Positions 1 through 16,850 of a DNA stretch of 64,000 nucleotides are shown here, one piece after another. Location: the sequence record MZ892903.1. The stretch is one strand, 5' to 3'. Position 1 is the first letter of the stretch. Each line of letters opens with the position of its first letter. Origin of the DNA: Escherichia phage ELT1. A program made the translations under genes and the position numbers. The notes beneath the pieces are model-generated. The model searched no databases. It was not told the DNA's origin and saw only the letters and a list, made by a program, of their open reading frames with translations.

Positions 1-190
1 AGTTAAGTATTTAGATAACCAAGAACATATCTTAGAGCAATACTCTGATAAAGGAATTACTTTCAAACAAGAAATAATTTCTCCTTCTAAACCCGGGTAT
101 GGAACTTGGCAATTATTAGGTGCGCAAACTGTTACGCTAGATAGTCACACACAACCTACAGTATTTTATTATTTTGAGAGAATAGCATGA
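1..190 (+). CDS. 11: baseplate wedge protein gp11, 3' end (partial, runs off window start)
   Basis: Open frame from window start ending ...[13 protein letters not shown] at 188-190 overlapping the gene 12 ATG (ATGA); position upstream of gene 12 as in T4. Confidence 0.75.
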   Translation, partial: VKYLDNQEHILEQYSDKGITFKQEIISPSKPGYGTWQLLGAQTVTLDSHTQPTVFYYFERIA

Positions 191-1737
191 GTAACAATAC
201 ATATCAGCACGTATCAAATGAATCAAAATATGTTAAATTCGATCCCACTGGATCGAATTTTCCTGACACTGTCACGACAGTGCAGTCTGCATTATCAAAA
301 ATAAGTAATATCGGTGTAAATGGTATTCCTGATGCAACTATGGAAGTTAAAGGAATAGCAATGATTGCGTCAGAGCAAGAGGTTTTAGATGGAACTAATA
401 ATTCTAAAATCGTTACACCAGCTACATTAGCAACAAGATTATTGTATCCAAATGCTACTGAAACTAAGTATGGTTTAACGCGCTATTCAACAAATGAAGA
501 AACATTAGAAGGCTCAGATAATAATTCATCAATAACGCCGCAAAAACTGAAATACCATACTGACGATGTGTTCAAAAATAGATATTCGTCTGAGTCATCA
601 AACGGGGTTATTAAAATATCATCTACACCTGCAGCTTTAGCTGGAGTTGATGATACTACGGCAATGACTCCATTAAAAACGCAAAAACTTGCAATAAAAT
701 TAATTTCACAAATAGCTCCTTCCGAAGATACTGCATCAGAATCTGTGAGAGGTGTAGTTCAATTATCTACTGTTGCACAAACTCGTCAAGGAACTCTCCG
801 AGAAGGATATGCAATTTCCCCGTATACCTTTATGAATTCTGTTGCAACGCAAGAATATAAGGGTGTTATACGTCTAGGAACACAGACTGAAATTAATAAT
901 AATTTGGGGGATGTTGCAGTAACAGGTGAAACACTAAACGGTCGAGGAGCTACCGGTTCTATGCGTGGGGTGGTAAAATTAACGACGCAAGCCGGTATTG
1001 CCCCTGAAGGTGATAGCTCTGGAGCATTAGCATGGAACGCAGATGTAATTAATACTCGTGGTGGACAAACTATTAATGGTTCTTTAAATTTAGACCATCT
1101 TACAGCAAACGGAATTTGGTCGCGCGGCGGAATGTGGAAAAATGGCGATCAACCTGTTGCCACTGAAAGATATGCGTCAGAAAGAGTTCCAGTTGGAACT
1201 ATTATGATGTTTGCGGGAGATTCGGCACCTCCGGGTTGGATTATGTGCCACGGTGGAACAGTGTCAGGAGATCAATATCCTGATTATAGAAACACAGTTG
1301 GAACAAGATTTGGTGGGGATTGGAATAATCCAGGGATTCCTGATATGCGAGGTCTTTTCGTCAGAGGAGCTGGCACAGGAGGTCATATTTTAAATCAACG
1401 AGGACAAGATGGTTATGGAAAGGATAGACTGGGCGTAGGATGTGACGGAATGCATGTTGGTGGTGTTCAGGCACAACAAATGTCATACCATAAACATGCT
1501 GGTGGTTGGGGTGAATATAACAGAAGTGAAGGCCCATTTGGCGCGTCAGTTTATCAAGGATATCTTGGAACTAGAAAATATTCCGACTGGGATAATGCTT
1601 CATACTTCACTAATGATGGATTTGAATTGGGTGGACCGAGAGATGCCCTTGGTACACTTAATCGTGAAGGATTAATTGGTTATGAAACTAGACCATGGAA
1701 TATATCATTAAACTATATTATTAAAATTCATTACTAA
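187..1737 (+). CDS. 12: short tail fiber protein gp12
   Basis: 516-aa ORF, T4 gp12-like length and sequence, followed by wac. Confidence 0.9.
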   Translation: MSNNTYQHVSNESKYVKFDPTGSNFPDTVTTVQSALSKISNIGVNGIPDATMEVKGIAMIASEQEVLDGTNNSKIVTPATLATRLLYPNATETKYGLTRYSTNEETLEGSDNNSSITPQKLKYHTDDVFKNRYSSESSNGVIKISSTPAALAGVDDTTAMTPLKTQKLAIKLISQIAPSEDTASESVRGVVQLSTVAQTRQGTLREGYAISPYTFMNSVATQEYKGVIRLGTQTEINNNLGDVAVTGETLNGRGATGSMRGVVKLTTQAGIAPEGDSSGALAWNADVINTRGGQTINGSLNLDHLTANGIWSRGGMWKNGDQPVATERYASERVPVGTIMMFAGDSAPPGWIMCHGGTVSGDQYPDYRNTVGTRFGGDWNNPGIPDMRGLFVRGAGTGGHILNQRGQDGYGKDRLGVGCDGMHVGGVQAQQMSYHKHAGGWGEYNRSEGPFGASVYQGYLGTRKYSDWDNASYFTNDGFELGGPRDALGTLNREGLIGYETRPWNISLNYIIKIHY

Positions 1738-1746
1738 GGATTACAA

Positions 1747-3204
1747 ATGATTGAATTAAAAGAGTTACCTTTTGTTGATAGCGTTCCTGGCGAAGGCCAG
1801 GAACGTATTTCATGGATTAAAAACGGTGAAGAAATATTAGGAGCTAGTACTAAGTATGGAAACGATGGATCAATGAATAGACCAACTGTTTCCCTGTTTA
1901 AAAATGTTGAGGTTCTTGACGAAAATATAGGAATTCTTAAAACAGCATTAGAAACATCCCAGGAAGATATTAAAACCATTCAGGGTATCTTAGATGTATC
2001 TGGTGATATAGAAGCTTTATCGCAAATAAGTATCAATAAAAAGGATATCACTGATCTTAAAACGCTTACGAGTGAACATACCGAAATATTAAATGGAACT
2101 AATAATACTGTCGATAGCATTCTTGCTGACATTGGTCCATTTAATTCGCAAGCAAATTCAGTTTATAGAACGATTAGAAATGATTTGTTATGGATTAAAA
2201 GGGAATTAGGACAATATGCTGGGCAAGACATTAACGGTCTTCCTGTTGTAGGAAATAGCAGCACGGGTATGAAGCACCGCATCATTAATAATACAGATGC
2301 TATAACTTCCCAAGGAATACGTCTAAGTGATTTGGAAGAAAAATTTATTGAATCTGATGTAGGTTCACTGACAATTGAAGTCGGAAATCTTAGACAAGAA
2401 CTTGGACAAAGACCATCTTCATTCAGTGAAAGCATATATTCACGTGTTCATAATTTAGATCAATCGCAGATTAATCTTAGTTCCGAAATTAAATCTATCA
2501 AAACTTCTATTGGATATCCAGGAAATACTTCAATAATCACAGATGTTAACACTAATACACGAGAAGTTTCAGCTTTAAATGATGAACTAAATAAAAGCGG
2601 AGGTATTAAACAACGATTGACTGTCATTGAAACGTCAATTGGCTCAGATGATATTCCTTCTAGTATTAAAGGTAGAATTAAAGATAATACCACATCAATT
2701 GAGTTTTTAAATGGAATTGTTGGTGAAAACACTTCATCTGGACTACGAGCAAACGTTTCATGGCTAAACCAAATCGTTGGAACTGATTCTAGTGGAGGTC
2801 AGCCTTCTCCTCCTGGGTCTCTTTTAAATAGGGTTTCAACAGTTGAAACTTCAGTTAATAGACTGAACAATGATGTTCAAAACTTACAAGTTGAAATTGG
2901 TAATAACACTGCTGGAATTAAAGGCCAAGTTGTTGCACTAAATAAACTAGTAAGCGGCACAAATCCAAATGGTTCAACAGTAGAAGAGCGCGGATTAACT
3001 AATTCAATAAAGGCTAATGAAACTAACATTTCTTCTATTAATCAAGAAATGCGTAGTATTAAAAGTAATGTATCTTCATTACAGGGGGATGTTCAGACTT
3101 TACAGGAAGCAGGTTATATTCCTGAAGCTCCAAAGGATGGTCAAGCTTACGTTCGTAAAGACGGCGAATGGGTATTACTTTCTACCTTTTTATCACCAGC
3201 ATAA
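1747..3204 (+). CDS. wac: fibritin (whisker/neck fiber)
   Basis: 485 aa, heptad-rich coiled coil, C-terminal foldon motif [27 protein letters not shown]. Confidence 0.95.
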   Translation: MIELKELPFVDSVPGEGQERISWIKNGEEILGASTKYGNDGSMNRPTVSLFKNVEVLDENIGILKTALETSQEDIKTIQGILDVSGDIEALSQISINKKDITDLKTLTSEHTEILNGTNNTVDSILADIGPFNSQANSVYRTIRNDLLWIKRELGQYAGQDINGLPVVGNSSTGMKHRIINNTDAITSQGIRLSDLEEKFIESDVGSLTIEVGNLRQELGQRPSSFSESIYSRVHNLDQSQINLSSEIKSIKTSIGYPGNTSIITDVNTNTREVSALNDELNKSGGIKQRLTVIETSIGSDDIPSSIKGRIKDNTTSIEFLNGIVGENTSSGLRANVSWLNQIVGTDSSGGQPSPPGSLLNRVSTVETSVNRLNNDVQNLQVEIGNNTAGIKGQVVALNKLVSGTNPNGSTVEERGLTNSIKANETNISSINQEMRSIKSNVSSLQGDVQTLQEAGYIPEAPKDGQAYVRKDGEWVLLSTFLSPA

Positions 3205-3207
3205 CAT

Positions 3208-3223
3208 GGGGCCGCAAGGCCCC
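3208..3223 (+). terminator. GC-rich GCAA-tetraloop hairpin after wac (RNA hairpin; weak terminator, no T-run)
   Basis: ggggcc-gcaa-ggcccc immediately after wac stop. Confidence 0.4.
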
Positions 3224-3235
3224 AAAGGATTTTAA

Positions 3236-4937
<1,702 letters not shown>

Positions 4938-4978
4938 TAAATATTATAAACTAATTAAAGCCCAGATTAGGAGAAATC

Positions 4979-8116
<3,138 letters not shown>

Positions 8117-8147
8117 ATATATTAAAGCATATTAAAGAGGATTAAAA

Positions 8148-10127
8148 ATGACTTTATTATCTCCGGGCATTGAGCTCAAAGAAACTACGGTTCAAAGCAC
8201 CGTGGTTAATAACTCTACTGGTACAGCAGCTTTGGCCGGTAAATTCCAGTGGGGTCCTGCTTTTCAGATTAAACAGGTTACAAACGAAGTAGATTTAGTT
8301 AATACTTTTGGTCAACCTACAGCTGAAACTGCTGACTATTTTATGTCTGCAATGAATTTCTTACAATATGGAAATGATTTGCGAGTTGTGCGCGCTGTCG
8401 ATAGAGATACCGCTAAAAACTCATCTCCGATTGCTGGTAATATTGAATACACAATTTCTACCCCAGGTAGTAACTACGCGGTTGGAGATAAAATCACGGT
8501 CAAATATGTTTCAGAAGATGTTGAAACAGAAGGTAAAATTACCGAAGTAGATGCTGATGGAAAAATTAAGAAAATTAATATTCCTACTGCAAAAATTATT
8601 GCTAAAGCTAAAGAAGTTGGCGAATACCCAACATTAGGTTCTAACTGGACTGCAGAAATTTCTTCATCTTCTTCCGGTTTAGCTGCAGTAATAACTCTTG
8701 GAAAAATTATTACTGATTCCGGTATTTTATTAGCTGAAATCGAGAGCGCTGAAACTGCTATGACAGCAGTTGATTTTCAGGCAAATCTTGAAAAATATGG
8801 AATTCCAGGAGTAGTAGCTCTCTATCCAGGCGAATTAGGCGATAAAATTGAAATTGAAATCGTATCTAAAGCTGACTATGCGAAAGGCGCTTCTGCATTA
8901 CTGCCAATTTATCCAGGTGGTGGTACTCGTGCATCTACTGCCAAGGCAGTATTTGGATATGGGCCGCAGACTGACTCACAGTACGCTATTATAGTTCGTC
9001 GAAATGATGCTATTGTTCAAAGCGTTGTTCTTTCAACTAAGCGTGGTGAAAAAGATATTTACGATAGTAACATCTATATCGATGACTTTTTCGCAAAAGG
9101 TGGTTCAGAATATATTTTTGCAACTGCACAAAACTGGCCAGAAGGATTCTCTGGAATTTTAACTCTTTCTGGTGGATTATCATCAAATGCTGAAGTATCA
9201 GCAGGAGATTTGATGGAAGCTTGGGACTTCTTTGCTGACCGTGAATCCGTTGATGTTCAACTGTTTATTGCGGGTTCTTGTGCCGGTGAATCTTTAGAAA
9301 CAGCATCTACTGTCCAAAAACACGTCGTTTCAATTGGAGATGCTCGCCAAGATTGCTTAGTATTGTGCTCACCACCGCGTGAAACTGTTGTTGGAATTCC
9401 TGTAACTCGTGCAGTAGATAATTTAGTTAACTGGAGAACTGCGGCAGGTTCATATACTGATAATAACTTTAATATTAGTTCAACCTACGCAGCAATTGAT
9501 GGTAACTACAAATATCAGTATGACAAATATAATGATGTAAATCGTTGGGTTCCATTAGCAGCTGACATTGCTGGTTTATGCGCGAGAACTGATAACGTTT
9601 CTCAGACTTGGATGTCTCCAGCTGGTTATAATCGTGGTCAGATTCTTAACGTTATTAAACTTGCTATTGAAACTCGCCAGGCGCAGCGCGACCGTTTATA
9701 TCAAGAAGCTATCAACCCAGTAACTGGTACAGGTGGTGATGGTTATGTATTGTATGGTGATAAAACAGCTACTTCTGTTCCTTCTCCATTTGATCGTATT
9801 AACGTTCGTCGTCTGTTTAATATGTTGAAAACGAATATCGGACGTAGTTCAAAATATCGTTTGTTCGAATTAAACAACACGTTTACTCGTTCATCATTCC
9901 GCACAGAAACTTCCCAGTACTTGCAGGGAATTAAAGCTCTCGGTGGAATTTATGAATATCGTGTAGTTTGCGATACAACAAATAACACTCCATCAGTAAT
10001 TGATAGAAATGAGTTTGTTGCAACATTCTACATTCAACCGGCGCGCAGTATAAATTATATTACTTTGAATTTCGTCGCAACTGCTACTGGTGCAGACTTC
10101 GATGAGTTAACTGGTCTTGCAGGTTAA
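8148..10127 (+). CDS. 18: contractile tail sheath protein gp18
   Basis: 659 aa, T4 gp18 length and position. Confidence 0.95.
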   Translation: MTLLSPGIELKETTVQSTVVNNSTGTAALAGKFQWGPAFQIKQVTNEVDLVNTFGQPTAETADYFMSAMNFLQYGNDLRVVRAVDRDTAKNSSPIAGNIEYTISTPGSNYAVGDKITVKYVSEDVETEGKITEVDADGKIKKINIPTAKIIAKAKEVGEYPTLGSNWTAEISSSSSGLAAVITLGKIITDSGILLAEIESAETAMTAVDFQANLEKYGIPGVVALYPGELGDKIEIEIVSKADYAKGASALLPIYPGGGTRASTAKAVFGYGPQTDSQYAIIVRRNDAIVQSVVLSTKRGEKDIYDSNIYIDDFFAKGGSEYIFATAQNWPEGFSGILTLSGGLSSNAEVSAGDLMEAWDFFADRESVDVQLFIAGSCAGESLETASTVQKHVVSIGDARQDCLVLCSPPRETVVGIPVTRAVDNLVNWRTAAGSYTDNNFNISSTYAAIDGNYKYQYDKYNDVNRWVPLAADIAGLCARTDNVSQTWMSPAGYNRGQILNVIKLAIETRQAQRDRLYQEAINPVTGTGGDGYVLYGDKTATSVPSPFDRINVRRLFNMLKTNIGRSSKYRLFELNNTFTRSSFRTETSQYLQGIKALGGIYEYRVVCDTTNNTPSVIDRNEFVATFYIQPARSINYITLNFVATATGADFDELTGLAG

Positions 10128-10784
10128 TTGATTATGGGGCTTCGGCCCCTATTCTCGAGGAAACAAGTGATTATTTCTAAGTTTGTTAAAGTGAAAATTG
10201 TACCATCAAATTTTAAACATTATCAATCAAAGGGTTATAAATTAACACCTCTTGGAGCGGTTAAACATGGATTTAGGTATTATGAAATTGATGTTAAAGT
10301 TGAAGACATTAAAGGTAGTACCGCGTATGTAAAATGCCGTTGCGATAAATGTGGAATTGAATATAACCAACGCATTGGAAGAAACACTGATATTTGTCGT
10401 GATTGCCGTCATAAAGATAAAATGCGCAATAATTCATATGGTTCCGCGAATAAAGGAAAAACAGTAGAATGTATGCATGGCGTAAATCATCCAAGATGGA
10501 ACCCAAATAAATCTGAAATGCGTGAATATATTTCATTGGTATATAAAGAAACTCGTAAGCATAAGAAAATTTGGTCAAAATGGCCAAATGCTGATAAAAT
10601 AGGAGTGTGCGGTACAAAAGGTGCTTACCAACTTGATCATAAGGTATCTATCAAATACGGTTTTGATAATTTAATTCCTGCTGAAATAATTGGCGGTATT
10701 AATAATTTAGAAATAATCACTTGGGAATCTAACCGAGAAAAGTCAAAAAGAAATAGTGTAGATCTTTGGGATTTACTAGAATGA
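10128..10784 (+). CDS. free-standing HNH endonuclease-like ORF with Cys-rich zinc-ribbon (putative homing endonuclease); start uncertain (TTG 10128, ATG 10134, or GTG 10167 with GAGG Shine-Dalgarno)
   Basis: Motifs CRCDKCG...CRDCRH and LDHKVSIKYGFDNLIPAEIIGGINNLEIITWESNREK (DH..GG..NL..N..K His-Me finger pattern); sits between genes 18 and 19. Confidence 0.6.
   Translation: MIMGLRPLFSRKQVIISKFVKVKIVPSNFKHYQSKGYKLTPLGAVKHGFRYYEIDVKVEDIKGSTAYVKCRCDKCGIEYNQRIGRNTDICRDCRHKDKMRNNSYGSANKGKTVECMHGVNHPRWNPNKSEMREYISLVYKETRKHKKIWSKWPNADKIGVCGTKGAYQLDHKVSIKYGFDNLIPAEIIGGINNLEIITWESNREKSKRNSVDLWDLLE
10136..10149 (+). other. UUCG-tetraloop hairpin directly after gene 18 stop
   Basis: ggggc-ttcg-gcccc; overlaps the first codons of the HNH ORF as drawn. 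Confidence 0.5.
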
Positions 10785-10791
10785 TTCTAAA

Positions 10792-10809
10792 GGCCTGTTT
10801 CGGCAGGCC
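10792..10809 (+). terminator. hairpin after HNH ORF, abutting late promoter
   Basis: ggcctg-tttcgg-caggcc. Confidence 0.35.
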
Positions 10810-10810
10810 A

Positions 10811-10818
10811 TATAAATA
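10811..10818 (+). promoter_or_regulatory. late promoter core TATAAATA (distal of tandem pair upstream of gene 19)
   Basis: exact TATAAATA. Confidence 0.6.
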
Positions 10819-10869
10819 CACTATATCCTTAATTCTTTAATTCTATATGCCCTAGGTTAAACATAGGGA

Positions 10870-10877
10870 TATAAATA
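10870..10877 (+). promoter_or_regulatory. late promoter core TATAAATA (proximal, 15 nt before gene 19 ATG)
   Basis: exact TATAAATA. Confidence 0.65.
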
Positions 10878-10891
10878 CTACAGAGGCTAAT

Positions 10892-11383
10892 ATGTTTGTA
10901 GATGATGTAACACGAGCGTTTGAATCTGGTGATTTTGCTCGACCTAACTTATTCCAAGTAGAAATTTCTTATCTTGGACAAAATTTTACGTTTCAATGTA
11001 AAGCCACTGCTTTACCAGCTGGTATTGTAGAAAAAATTCCAGTCGGATTTATGAACCGTAAAATTAACGTAGCAGGCGATCGTACATTCGATGACTGGAC
11101 TGTTACAGTAATGAACGATGAGGCACATGATGCTCGCCAGAAGTTTGTTGATTGGCAAAGCATTGCTGCTGGGCAAGGGAACGAAATTACTGGTGGAAAA
11201 CCAGCAGAGTATAAAAAGAGCGCTGTTGTTCGCCAATATGCTCGTGACGCTAAAACTGTAACAAAAGAAGTCGAAATTAAAGGTCTGTGGCCTACTAACG
11301 TGGGTGAACTTCAATTAGATTGGGATTCAAACAATGAAATCCAAACGTTTGAAGTAACTCTCGCTCTCGATTATTGGGAATAA
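10892..11383 (+). CDS. 19: tail tube protein gp19
   Basis: 163 aa, T4 gp19 length and position. Confidence 0.9.
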   Translation: MFVDDVTRAFESGDFARPNLFQVEISYLGQNFTFQCKATALPAGIVEKIPVGFMNRKINVAGDRTFDDWTVTVMNDEAHDARQKFVDWQSIAAGQGNEITGGKPAEYKKSAVVRQYARDAKTVTKEVEIKGLWPTNVGELQLDWDSNNEIQTFEVTLALDYWE

Positions 11384-11415
11384 AATGAATGGGGAGAAAT
11401 CCCCATCCTGCTTAA

Positions 11416-13040
<1,625 letters not shown>

Positions 13041-13041
<1 letters not shown>

Positions 13042-13280
13042 TGGAAGGTTTAATTGAAGCTATTAAATCAAACGACCTCGTAGCCGCTCGTAAATTATTT
13101 GCTGAAGCCATGGCTGCAAGAACGACTGATTTAATTAAAGAAGAAAAAATCGCTATCGCTCGTAATTTCTTAATCGAAGGTGAAGAACCTGATGACGAGG
13201 ATGATGACGAAGACGAAGATAGTGATGATAAAGACGACAAAAAAGACAAAGACTCTGACGAAGACGAGGATGATGAATAA
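13041..13280 (+). CDS. 67: prohead core protein gp67 (acidic C-terminus)
   Basis: 79 aa, Asp/Glu-rich tail, ATG overlaps gp20 stop. Confidence 0.85.
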
Positions 13281-13705
13281 TGCTTCTGATCCCTGAAACT
13301 CATGAATTAGTTCTCGAGAATGTCGAAGCACTTATTCCTGAAGCACAGGGTCGCTTTGACGAATTGTCTTCTGCTTTAAATAAAGACGATATAAATACAA
13401 TTGTCGAGAATATGCTTGATGATGAAACTGATTTAGCGGTTGCATTAGCTTCTATTAATGAAAATATGCCGTTAAATGAATTTATCGTTAAACATGTTTC
13501 TGCCCGTGGTGAAATTACTCGCACTAAAGATCGCAAAACCCGCGAACGTAATGCATTTCAAACTACCGGGTTGTCTAAAGCAAAACGTAGACAAATTGCT
13601 CGTAAAGCTACCAAAACGAAGATTGCCAATCCAGCAGGTCAATCTCGTGCTCAGCGTAAGCGTAAAAAAGCTCTTAAACGCCGTAAAGCATTAGGATTAA
13701 GCTAA
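13280..13705 (+). CDS. 68: prohead core protein gp68
   Basis: 141 aa, position between 67 and 21. Confidence 0.85.
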
Positions 13706-14343
13706 TGAATGAACCCCAATTACTAATTGAAACTTGGGGTCAACCTGGCGAAATTATTGATGGCGTACCAATGCTTGAATCTCATGATGGAAAAGACTTA
13801 GGTTTAAAACCGGGTTTATACATCGAAGGAATATTCATGCAAGCGGAAGTCGTCAATAGAAATAAACGTCTTTATCCAAAACGTATATTAGAAAAAGCGG
13901 TAAAAGACTATATTAATGAGCAAGTTTTAACTAAACAAGCTCTCGGAGAATTAAATCATCCTCCACGCGCTAATGTTGACCCGATGCAAGCCGCTATCAT
14001 TATAGAAGATATGTGGTGGAAAGGAAATGACGTATACGGACGAGCTCGTGTTATTGAAGGTGACCACGGTCCTGGAGATAAATTAGCAGCTAATATTCGT
14101 GCCGGATGGATTCCAGGAGTTTCTTCTCGTGGATTAGGTTCATTGACTGACACAAATAAAGGTTATCGTATCGTAAACGAAGGATTCAAATTAACTGTAG
14201 GTGTTGATGCAGTATGGGGTCCAAGTGCTCCAGATGCATGGGTAACTCCTAAGGAAATTACAGAATCACAGACGGCGGAAGCCGATACAAGTGCCGATGA
14301 CGCCTATATGGCTCTCGCAGAGGCCATGAAAAAAGCGTTATAA
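13705..14343 (+). CDS. 21: prohead core protease gp21
   Basis: 212 aa, T4 gp21 length and position. Confidence 0.9.
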   Translation: MNEPQLLIETWGQPGEIIDGVPMLESHDGKDLGLKPGLYIEGIFMQAEVVNRNKRLYPKRILEKAVKDYINEQVLTKQALGELNHPPRANVDPMQAAIIIEDMWWKGNDVYGRARVIEGDHGPGDKLAANIRAGWIPGVSSRGLGSLTDTNKGYRIVNEGFKLTVGVDAVWGPSAPDAWVTPKEITESQTAEADTSADDAYMALAEAMKKAL

Positions 14344-14373
14344 ATATTATTATCTAAACAACAGGACTACAAA

Positions 14374-15183
14374 ATGCTTAAAGAACAACTGATTGCCGAA
14401 GCGCAGAAAATTGATGCTTCCGTTGCTCTTGATAGTATTTTCGAATCAGTTAATATTTCTCCGGAAGCAAAAGAAACTTTCGGCACTGTATTCGAAGCTA
14501 CCGTCAAGCAGCACGCCGTTAAATTAGCTGAATCTCATATCGCTAAAATTGCTGAAAAAGCAGAAGAAGAAGTAGAAAAAAATAAAGAAGAAGCAGAAGA
14601 AAAAGCTGAGAAGAAAATCGCTGAGCAAGCTTCTAAATTCCTTGACCATCTTGCAAAAGAATGGCTCACTGAAAATAAATTAGCAGTAGATAAAGGTATC
14701 AAAGCCGAACTGTTTGAATCCATGCTTGGTGGATTGAAAGAGCTCTTCGTTGAACACAACGTTGTTGTTCCAGAAGAATCAGTTGATGTTGTAGCTGAAA
14801 TGGAAGAAGAACTGCAAGAACATAAAGAAGAATCAGCTCGTCTGTTCGAAGAACTCAATAAGCGTGACGCATATATCAATTATGTGCAGCGTGAAGTGGC
14901 ATTGAGCGAAAGTACTAAAGATCTGACTGAGTCTCAAAAAGAAAAAGTCTCTGCTCTGGTCGAAGGTATGGATTATTCAGATGCATTCTCAAGTAAATTG
15001 AGTGCAATCGTAGAAATGGTGAAGAAATCTAATAAAGATGAAAGCACTATTACTGAGAGTATAAATACTCCTGATACTGAAGCAGCCGGACTGAATTTCG
15101 TCACTGAAGCTGTAGAAGATAAATCTGCACAAGGTGCAGAAGATATTGTAAGTGTATATGCGAAAGTCGCATCTCGTTTCTAA
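14374..15183 (+). CDS. 22: prohead scaffold core protein gp22
   Basis: 269 aa, Glu/Lys-rich helical sequence. Confidence 0.9.
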   Translation: MLKEQLIAEAQKIDASVALDSIFESVNISPEAKETFGTVFEATVKQHAVKLAESHIAKIAEKAEEEVEKNKEEAEEKAEKKIAEQASKFLDHLAKEWLTENKLAVDKGIKAELFESMLGGLKELFVEHNVVVPEESVDVVAEMEEELQEHKEESARLFEELNKRDAYINYVQREVALSESTKDLTESQKEKVSALVEGMDYSDAFSSKLSAIVEMVKKSNKDESTITESINTPDTEAAGLNFVTEAVEDKSAQGAEDIVSVYAKVASRF

Positions 15184-15201
15184 TTTTAAAGGTTAACACA
15201 A

Positions 15202-16767
15202 ATGACTATCAAAACTAAAGCTGAACTTTTGAACAAATGGAAGCCATTACTGGAAGGTGAAGGTTTACCGGAAATTGCTAATAGCAAACAAGCGATTATC
15301 GCTAAAATCTTTGAAAACCAGGAAAAAGATTTCCAGACAGCTCCGGAATATAAAGACGAAAAAATTGCTCAGGCATTCGGTTCTTTCTTAACAGAAGCTG
15401 AAATCGGTGGTGACCACGGTTACAATGCTACCAACATCGCCGCAGGTCAGACTTCTGGCGCAGTAACTCAGATTGGCCCAGCTGTTATGGGTATGGTACG
15501 TCGTGCTATTCCTAACCTGATTGCTTTCGATATTTGTGGTGTTCAGCCAATGAACAGCCCGACTGGCCAGGTATTCGCGCTGCGCGCAGTATATGGTAAA
15601 GATCCAATCGCTTCCGGCGCTAAAGAAGCATTCCACCCAATGTATGGTCCAGATGCAATGTTCTCTGGTCAGGGTGCTGCTAAGAAATTCGCTGCTTTGA
15701 AAGCAAGTGATACTCTTGAAGTCGGAACTATTTACACTCACTTCTTCCAGGAAACTGGTACAGTATATCTGCAAGCTACAGCAGCTAAACAAATTGGTTC
15801 AGGCGCATCTGACGCAGACAAATTAGATGCTGAAATTAAGAAACAAATGGAAGCTGGTGTACTGGTAGAAATCGCTGAAGGTATGGCTACTTCTATCGCT
15901 GAACTTCAGGAAGGTTTCAACGGTTCTACCGATAACCCATGGAATGAAATGGGCTTCCGTATCGATAAACAAGTTATCGAAGCTAAATCTCGTCAGCTGA
16001 AAGCTGCTTACTCTATTGAATTAGCACAAGACCTCCGCGCTGTTCATGGTATGGATGCTGATGCTGAACTGTCTGGTATTCTGGCTACAGAAATTATGCT
16101 GGAAATCAACCGCGAAGTTGTTGATTGGATTAACTACTCCGCTCAGGTTGGTAAATCTGGTATGACCCTGACTCCGGGTTCTAAAGCTGGTGTATTTGAC
16201 TTCCAGGACCCAATCGATATTCGTGGTGCTCGCTGGGCAGGTGAATCCTTTAAAGCTCTGTTGTTCCAGATTGACAAAGAAGCAGTTGAAATTGCTCGTC
16301 AGACTGGTCGCGGCGAAGGTAACTTCATTATCGCTTCCCGTAACGTAGTTAACGTTCTGGCTTCAGTTGATACCGGCATTTCTTATGCTGCACAGGGTCT
16401 GGCTACCGGCTTTAACACTGATACTACCAAGTCAGTATTTGCTGGTGTTCTGGGTGGTAAATACCGTGTATATATCGACCAGTATGCTAAACAGGATTAT
16501 TTCACTGTAGGTTATAAAGGTCCGAACGAAATGGATGCTGGTATTTACTATGCTCCATATGTAGCTCTGACTCCGCTGCGTGGTTCCGATCCGAAGAACT
16601 TCCAACCAGTAATGGGATTCAAAACTCGTTACGGTATCGGTATCAACCCATTTGCAGAATCCGCTGCTCAGGCTCCGGCTTCTCGCATCCAGAGCGGTAT
16701 GCCTTCTATTCTGAATAGCCTTGGTAAAAACGCTTACTTTAGACGTGTATATGTTAAAGGTATCTAA
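15202..16767 (+). CDS. 23: major capsid protein gp23
   Basis: 521 aa, near-identical to recalled T4 gp23 (MTIKTKAELLNKWKPLLEGEGLPEIANSKQAII...). Confidence 0.97.
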   Translation: MTIKTKAELLNKWKPLLEGEGLPEIANSKQAIIAKIFENQEKDFQTAPEYKDEKIAQAFGSFLTEAEIGGDHGYNATNIAAGQTSGAVTQIGPAVMGMVRRAIPNLIAFDICGVQPMNSPTGQVFALRAVYGKDPIASGAKEAFHPMYGPDAMFSGQGAAKKFAALKASDTLEVGTIYTHFFQETGTVYLQATAAKQIGSGASDADKLDAEIKKQMEAGVLVEIAEGMATSIAELQEGFNGSTDNPWNEMGFRIDKQVIEAKSRQLKAAYSIELAQDLRAVHGMDADAELSGILATEIMLEINREVVDWINYSAQVGKSGMTLTPGSKAGVFDFQDPIDIRGARWAGESFKALLFQIDKEAVEIARQTGRGEGNFIIASRNVVNVLASVDTGISYAAQGLATGFNTDTTKSVFAGVLGGKYRVYIDQYAKQDYFTVGYKGPNEMDAGIYYAPYVALTPLRGSDPKNFQPVMGFKTRYGIGINPFAESAAQAPASRIQSGMPSILNSLGKNAYFRRVYVKGI

Positions 16768-16781
16768 TCTTTGACGATTTA

Positions 16782-16812
16782 AGGGACCTTCGGGTCCCTT
16801 TAGTTGTTTTTA
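16782..16812 (+). terminator. rho-independent terminator after gene 23
   Basis: agggacc-ttcg-ggtccct hairpin followed by T-rich run. Confidence 0.7.
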
Positions 16813-16815
16813 TGG

Positions 16816-16823
16816 TATAAATA
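16816..16823 (+). promoter_or_regulatory. late promoter core TATAAATA upstream of gene 24
   Basis: exact TATAAATA. Confidence 0.65.
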
Positions 16824-16850
16824 AATCATATAAACCAAAAGGAAAGCGCA

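Noticed and set aside
1211-1675. Plus-strand ORFs (60 and 77 aa) nested inside gene 12 in other frames
   Set aside because: Fully embedded in a well-supported 516-aa structural gene; no independent start signals; typical frame-shadow ORFs.
13390-13397. TATAAATA inside gene 68 coding sequence
   Set aside because: Exact late-promoter core but lies within a coding region 300 bp from the next start; could be an internal late promoter for gene 21 but equally a chance AT-rich octamer; not reported as a feature.
14535-15792. Minus-strand ORFs of 114 and 134 aa inside genes 22 and 23
   Set aside because: Antisense to highly expressed, strongly supported capsid genes; Ser/Cys-rich low-complexity translations.
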